This document shows positions 16,408 to 20,498 of a DNA stretch of 20,498 bases, in pieces. The notes beneath the pieces are model-generated. The model ran no database searches. It was not told where the DNA came from and saw only the letters and a program-made list of their open reading frames with translations. Each line of letters opens with the position of its first letter. The stretch's first letter is position 1. Both the position numbers and the translations under genes were made by a program. Source of the DNA: Candidatus Nanohalobium sp. (lineage in GTDB: Archaea > Nanohalarchaeota > Nanosalinia > Nanosalinales > Nanosalinaceae); assembly GCA_042217555.1 (NCBI GenBank), contig JBDGSL010000084.1:1-20498 (forward strand). Direction: 5' to 3'.

Positions 16408-16429
16408 GGTTAAAATCCCTGCGGGCTCG
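16408..16429 (+). repeat. Direct repeat of the tRNA-Arg 3' end (21/22 identical to 16305-16326)
   Basis: GGTTAAAATCCCTGCGGGCTCG versus GGTTCAAATCCCTGCGGGCTCG, offset by 103 bp. Confidence 0.88.
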
Positions 16430-16770
16430 TCACTTGACGCAACCCGACGGATTTGATATCTTCGCAGAAAACGAAAATCTGCGATAGATTTTCTTGGAGA
16501 AGATTTCTTACTGAATCTTTGAATCTCTGGTTTTTGGCGGGTTTAAAATTTGAGATTCTTACTGAGGTTTTCTGTGTCTCGGAAGTTCGTTTTTTGACTC
16601 CTGGTGCTTTGTTTCTGTTTTTCCTACCGGTGTATTGTTTTCTAGTTGTGTGTAGGTGAGAGTAGTTTTTTGGTGTTTTTATAAAGATGGGAAGCTCTGT
16701 TTTTGTTTAGATGGTATTGTTTAGCCGTTTGAAGGATTTGGTTTCCCGGCTATTTGATGAGGTGGTTGTT

Positions 16771-17964
16771 ATGTCTGATGATAAGAGTTCGGAGTCTCGT
16801 GACGATAAGAAAAAGCAGAAATCTGGTAAGAAGCAGAAGGTTCAGTTTCCACAGTATTTTCAGCAGCAGAGGCCTTCAAGGAGTAAGAATCCTAACAGTA
16901 CTAACTTGAAGACTCCTGTTATGAGGGGTGTTGTTGTTTCCAAGTTTGATGGAGACCGGATCTGGGTTGAGGCGTCGGGTAATATGAAGGGCCGTTACGG
17001 AGTTGAGGTGCCGAAGGGTTACGATCCAGAGGACTTCCAGCCAGGGACAGAGGTTGCTCTTGATCCCAACAGTTTCAAAGTAACTGATATTGTCGGTAAA
17101 GGCCAGGACGCTGAGTTCCAGCCTGTTGACACAGATGTCACTTTCCAGGATATCGGAGGCCTGGATCACGTGATTCAAAGCCTTTCATCAAACGTTGGCG
17201 CCCAGTTAAACTCGAACAAGCTGGATAAGATCCAGAGCTGGGGTATGGAAATGGATAAAAGTATACTTCTTATCGGCAGGCCGGGAACAGGTAAAACCCA
17301 TCTTGTGAAGGCGTTAAGCAATGAGTACGATGCTGACATGTTTATGATCAACGGGCCCCAGCTTGTTGAGAAGTTCATAGGTGAAGGCGCGAAGAAGGTT
17401 AAACGGCTTTACGAACAGGCACGTGCATCGGACAAGCCTGCTATCGTGTTTATAGATGAGATAGACGCTGTTGCGAAGAAACGTCTTGACGACAGGAGAC
17501 ATGGAGGCGAAGAAGTTGAGAGAACAATGTCTCAGCTTCTCTCTGAGCTTGACGGCCTTGACAGTGAGGAAGGAAACGTTATCAGTATATTTGCCTCGAA
17601 TACTCCTGATATTATAGATCCTGCACTGCTTAACAGGACTTCTGCGATCGAGGTACCTGTTCCGGACAGAGAATCCAAGAGAGAGATTCTGGAAGTTCAC
17701 ACCCGGGATATGGACCTGGAAAGCAGCGTTGATCTTGATGTCGTGGCAGAGGAACTGGAAGACGAGTTCACAGGCAGAGATATCAAGCAAGTTGTCAAGC
17801 AGGCAGCCGTAAACGCTATAGACAGCACTGAAAACCCTGAAGATGCAGAGGCAGACATGACGGACTTCACGGATGCTGTACAGGACCTCAAGGAAGGAAA
17901 CCTGGGTATTGAGAAGGACTTCCTTGGCACAACCAGCGAACATCCAAACGAAATGTTCGCCTAA
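16771..17964 (+). CDS. Proteasome-activating nucleotidase-like AAA+ ATPase (divergent PAN paralog)
   Basis: OB-like segment (PGTEVALDPNSF), TFQDIGGL, Walker A GRPGTGKT, pore loop LVEKFIGEGA, Walker B VFIDEID, EVERTMSQLLSELDG and C-terminal MFA. GAGGTGG SD before the ATG at 16771. Confidence 0.8.
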   Translation: MSDDKSSESRDDKKKQKSGKKQKVQFPQYFQQQRPSRSKNPNSTNLKTPVMRGVVVSKFDGDRIWVEASGNMKGRYGVEVPKGYDPEDFQPGTEVALDPNSFKVTDIVGKGQDAEFQPVDTDVTFQDIGGLDHVIQSLSSNVGAQLNSNKLDKIQSWGMEMDKSILLIGRPGTGKTHLVKALSNEYDADMFMINGPQLVEKFIGEGAKKVKRLYEQARASDKPAIVFIDEIDAVAKKRLDDRRHGGEEVERTMSQLLSELDGLDSEEGNVISIFASNTPDIIDPALLNRTSAIEVPVPDRESKREILEVHTRDMDLESSVDLDVVAEELEDEFTGRDIKQVVKQAAVNAIDSTENPEDAEADMTDFTDAVQDLKEGNLGIEKDFLGTTSEHPNEMFA

Positions 17965-18004
17965 AAACCTGGTTTCTCTCCCTTTTAACAAGGTGTTTTT
18001 CTCA

Positions 18005-18214
18005 ATGGCTGAGAAAGTGAACAAGGAGTTCAAACTTGATGGAGAAGACGTCGCTGAACTACTGAGGGATGTGGCGGACGCATTAGAAGAGAAAGACCAG
18101 TTGAATATGGAGTTCGGTGACACCCGTCTTATACAGCCGTTCTCCGATATCATCCCTCTGAGAGTTTTCCAGGATGAAAACGGCACAGAGATAGGTTTCA
18201 AGCTTCAACAGTAG
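18005..18214 (+). CDS. Small amphi-Trp-domain-like protein
   Basis: 'EDVAELLRDVADALEE' amphipathic helix followed by beta strands; the usual terminal Trp is absent. AGGTG SD upstream. Confidence 0.5.
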   Translation: MAEKVNKEFKLDGEDVAELLRDVADALEEKDQLNMEFGDTRLIQPFSDIIPLRVFQDENGTEIGFKLQQ

Positions 18215-18640
18215 TCAGTTAAGAAGGCTTGAAAGTTCACCATTTACTTCTTCAAAAGACTCTCCACCATACCCTGTCTCCGGCCATAGATCATAACCGT
18301 CTTCATCTTCTCGAAGTACTATATGCGTGTGCACATGCTTTACAGATTGCTGAGCCGCCCCTCCGTTAGCTGAGAGCATGTTTACACCAGTATAACTTGT
18401 TTTTTCTTTTATACTGTCGGCTATCTCCTTTATCTCTCCAAAAAAGGTTTCAACTTCCTCTCTGTCCATTTCAAAGATGTTTTCATAATGTTCTACAGGT
18501 ACTACAAGTAGATGGCCTTCCTTTAAGGCATCGCTTTCCAGTGTAGGGAATACTGCTATCTCTTCGTTTCTGTAAACTATTTTCTCATCTTCTTCACGTA
18601 TTATACTGCAGAAGATGCATTTTTGCTTAACTTTTTCCAT
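18215..18640 (-). CDS. HIT family hydrolase
   Basis: CIFC, GHLLVVP..H and AQQSVKHVHTHIV histidine triad. Start is the ATG at 18640 or 18679. Confidence 0.9.
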   Translation of the reverse strand: MEKVKQKCIFCSIIREEDEKIVYRNEEIAVFPTLESDALKEGHLLVVPVEHYENIFEMDREEVETFFGEIKEIADSIKEKTSYTGVNMLSANGGAAQQSVKHVHTHIVLREDEDGYDLWPETGYGGESFEEVNGELSSLLN

Positions 18641-18725
18641 GTAAGCAGCTTTCAACTTGGCTCTGAAACCTTCAAACATAACCCTGTTTTTTGTTGTCTA
18701 TGTTTAAACCGGTTTTGGAACATTG

Positions 18726-18995
18726 CTACTCTTCTCTATCTGTTATCTTCTTTGATGCGTGGTTGATCAGGTCTTCTATCCTGTTTTCTTTTTCGTAGGT
18801 GCTGGAGGATGTGAGGAAGTCCTGAGCAGCTTTGTAGAGATATCCGTTAAAGTCCTGAAGTTCCTGCAGTGAGTCTACTTCGGCCTCTTCCATTATATCT
18901 TCCAGCAACTGGTACAGCCTGAACCTTTTCACACCTACGTCTTCCAGCTCTCTGATTTCTTCAAGTCTTTCCTGCAGTTCTTTCATACTTTTCAT
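18726..18995 (-). CDS. Hypothetical helical protein
   Basis: Acidic 89-aa ORF with an ATGA overlap with the upstream gene. Confidence 0.65.
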   Translation of the reverse strand: MKSMKELQERLEEIRELEDVGVKRFRLYQLLEDIMEEAEVDSLQELQDFNGYLYKAAQDFLTSSSTYEKENRIEDLINHASKKITDREE

Positions 18996-19678
18996 CCTTC
19001 TTTTCTCGTGATTATGGTCTTCAGTGATTTAAAAGTGTATATAGCGGCTTTTCTAAGTTTTACAGGGTCTCTGATGTAGATTGATGCGTATACTATCCCT
19101 GCTGCACCAGCTATAGTCTCTGTAGCCGGTGAGAGGGAACCAGTTTCTTCTCTGAATCCCTGTATGAACCGGTCTCTTGTTTCCTGTTCTTTTAGAGATA
19201 CGAACGTAATGACTGACAGACGGTCCATCAAACGGTTTAAAGGAGTATCTCTGAACTCTGTGAACTCTGCGTCAATACAGTAGAGGCCGTCTTCTGCCTG
19301 TATGAAGTTGTGAGGGTTGTAGTCGATGAGGTACACGTTTTGGGATTCAAGTTCTTTCATGGTTGAGGCCATCCTGTGACCTGTCTCGAAGGGTCTGTTT
19401 TCCAGTATGTTGTCAAGTGTTTCCCCATTTATCTTCCGGAAACGGACTTCTCTACCGTTTCTTGAAAGTATCTCAGGGAAGTTCAGTTCAAGATCTTTTT
19501 CCCTCACCTTTCTCTCGTTCTTGATTCTTCTGCTGGCTGACAAGGGTGTGAGCTGGAGGTACGTGAAACGTATCAGAGTAACTAAAAGTATAAGGGAGGA
19601 GATATGTGAGTAAATCTTTCGTACCGTGTTCTCCTCAATGTACACCTGGTTTATGTCACCTTCTGCTGCTTCTTTCAT
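18992..19678 (-). CDS. Protein-kinase-like fold protein (RIO/Bud32/Kdo-like), divergent
   Basis: 'VYLIDYNPHNFI' resembles a catalytic loop (DxxxxN) and 'YCIDAEF' resembles DFG; preceded by 'RRIKNE...FPEIL'. Confidence 0.5.
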   Translation of the reverse strand: MKEAAEGDINQVYIEENTVRKIYSHISSLILLVTLIRFTYLQLTPLSASRRIKNERKVREKDLELNFPEILSRNGREVRFRKINGETLDNILENRPFETGHRMASTMKELESQNVYLIDYNPHNFIQAEDGLYCIDAEFTEFRDTPLNRLMDRLSVITFVSLKEQETRDRFIQGFREETGSLSPATETIAGAAGIVYASIYIRDPVKLRKAAIYTFKSLKTIITRKEG

Positions 19679-19699
19679 CCGGCTGCCTCAAAAAAACAC

Positions 19700-20498
19700 T
19701 TAGTTCCCCAGTTCCTCCATGATCTTTTCACGCGCAGTCTTAGGATCTGCCTTACCCTGAGACAGGTTCATAACCTGGCCTACAAGGAAGTTGATAGCAC
19801 CGTCATCTCCCGAGTTGTAGTCCTCAACAGCTTCAGGATTCTCATTGATCGCTTCCTTAATGAATTCGTCGACTTCGTCTTCTCCTGCCTTTTTCAGATC
19901 CTGTTCTTCAACAATCTCTTCGGGATCACGGGGTTCTTCCACGATCTCACGTAGAACCTTCTCAGCATTCCTGTCAGAAATCTCTTCTTCCTCAAGAAGG
20001 CCTACAATGTATCCGATCCATTCAAGCTCAAGGCCTCCACGGTATTCTTTATCGTTATAGTTCAGAACCTTTCTGAGGTCTCCAGTCATGAAGGAAGCGG
20101 TAACTTCTGTATCATGGTCCTGTGTCAGTTCTTCGAAGTCATCCGCCATCTCCTGATCTGCGACCAGAGATTCAACAGCCTTCTCTGAGAGACCGTACTC
20201 TTCAAGGAAACGTTCGAACTTCTCATGCGGAAGCTCCGGGATCTCCTGTCTAAGCTCCTCTCTGAACTCTTCGTCAAGTTCCTGTCTTGTCAGGTCAGGG
20301 TCAAAGATGTAACCGTAGTCTTTCTCGGTTTCTTTCTCCCTCATCTTCTCTGTGATTTCCTGTCCTGCGTTGTAGCTTCTTGTCTGCTGTGTAACTTCAC
20401 GTCCTCTCTTCTTTAACTGTTTCTGACGTGTGATCTCATAGGACAAGGCCTTTTCTATTCCAGCGGTTCCCGTAATGTTTTTGACTTCGACGCGCTGG
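19700..20498 (-). CDS. gatB: Asp-tRNA(Asn)/Glu-tRNA(Gln) amidotransferase subunit B, 3' part (continues beyond the window)
   Basis: The frame is open to the edge: RVEVKN...ALSYEITRQ, MREKE...DYGY..DPDL, IPELP, and YqeY-like tail NFLVGQVM...GKADP. Confidence 0.93.
   Translation of the reverse strand, partial: QRVEVKNITGTAGIEKALSYEITRQKQLKKRGREVTQQTRSYNAGQEITEKMREKETEKDYGYIFDPDLTRQELDEEFREELRQEIPELPHEKFERFLEEYGLSEKAVESLVADQEMADDFEELTQDHDTEVTASFMTGDLRKVLNYNDKEYRGGLELEWIGYIVGLLEEEEISDRNAEKVLREIVEEPRDPEEIVEEQDLKKAGEDEVDEFIKEAINENPEAVEDYNSGDDGAINFLVGQVMNLSQGKADPKTAREKIMEELGN

Noticed and set aside
15806..16659. ORFs 15806..16132, 16272..16487 and 16453..16659
   Set aside because: They overlap the repeat array, the tRNA-Arg or a T/G-skewed intergenic tract, and lack the acidic composition of real genes here.
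17314..18201. 295-aa minus-strand ORF
   Set aside because: Antisense shadow of the PAN-like and amphi-Trp-like genes; no motifs and atypical composition.
476..20416. Numerous short antisense ORFs in the track (e.g. 476..700, 3659..4018, 11194..11409, 14256..14597, 19845..20060)
   Set aside because: Ser/Phe-rich shadows of acidic genes on the opposite strand.

Overview
Archaeal DNA. The strongly acidic proteins, TATA/BRE promoters, GGTGA/GGAGG SD sites, BHB tRNA intron, PAN-like ATPase and moderate GC suggest a halophilic DPANN/Nanohaloarchaeota-like genome (inferred, not established). From left to right the window holds: an AddB-like PD-(D/E)XK nuclease gene that appears cut off at a tRNA 3'-end fragment; RsmC-like methyltransferase 1; a frameshifted nucleoside hydrolase; an accessory block (AbrB, HTH, RHH-Zn finger, divergent wHTH, membrane protein, head-to-head tandem GIY-YIG/DUF6884-like pair); a minus-strand unit made of a Pro-Pro leader uORF, a bacterial-type ProRS and an atypical tRNA-Pro(CGG) with A37 and G1-C72; RsmC-like methyltransferase 2; two RimJ/RimL GNATs, a SAM methyltransferase, a GNAT and a NUDIX hydrolase; a degenerate tandem array of tRNA-3'-end-like units; tRNA-Arg(UCG) with a 72-nt intron carrying two K-loop hairpins and a duplicated 3' end; then PAN-like AAA+, amphi-Trp-like, HIT, kinase-like and partial gatB genes. 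The best candidate for a new system is the uORF-proS-tRNA-Pro(A37) module, in which synthetase and tRNA deviate from the norm at matching identity positions.
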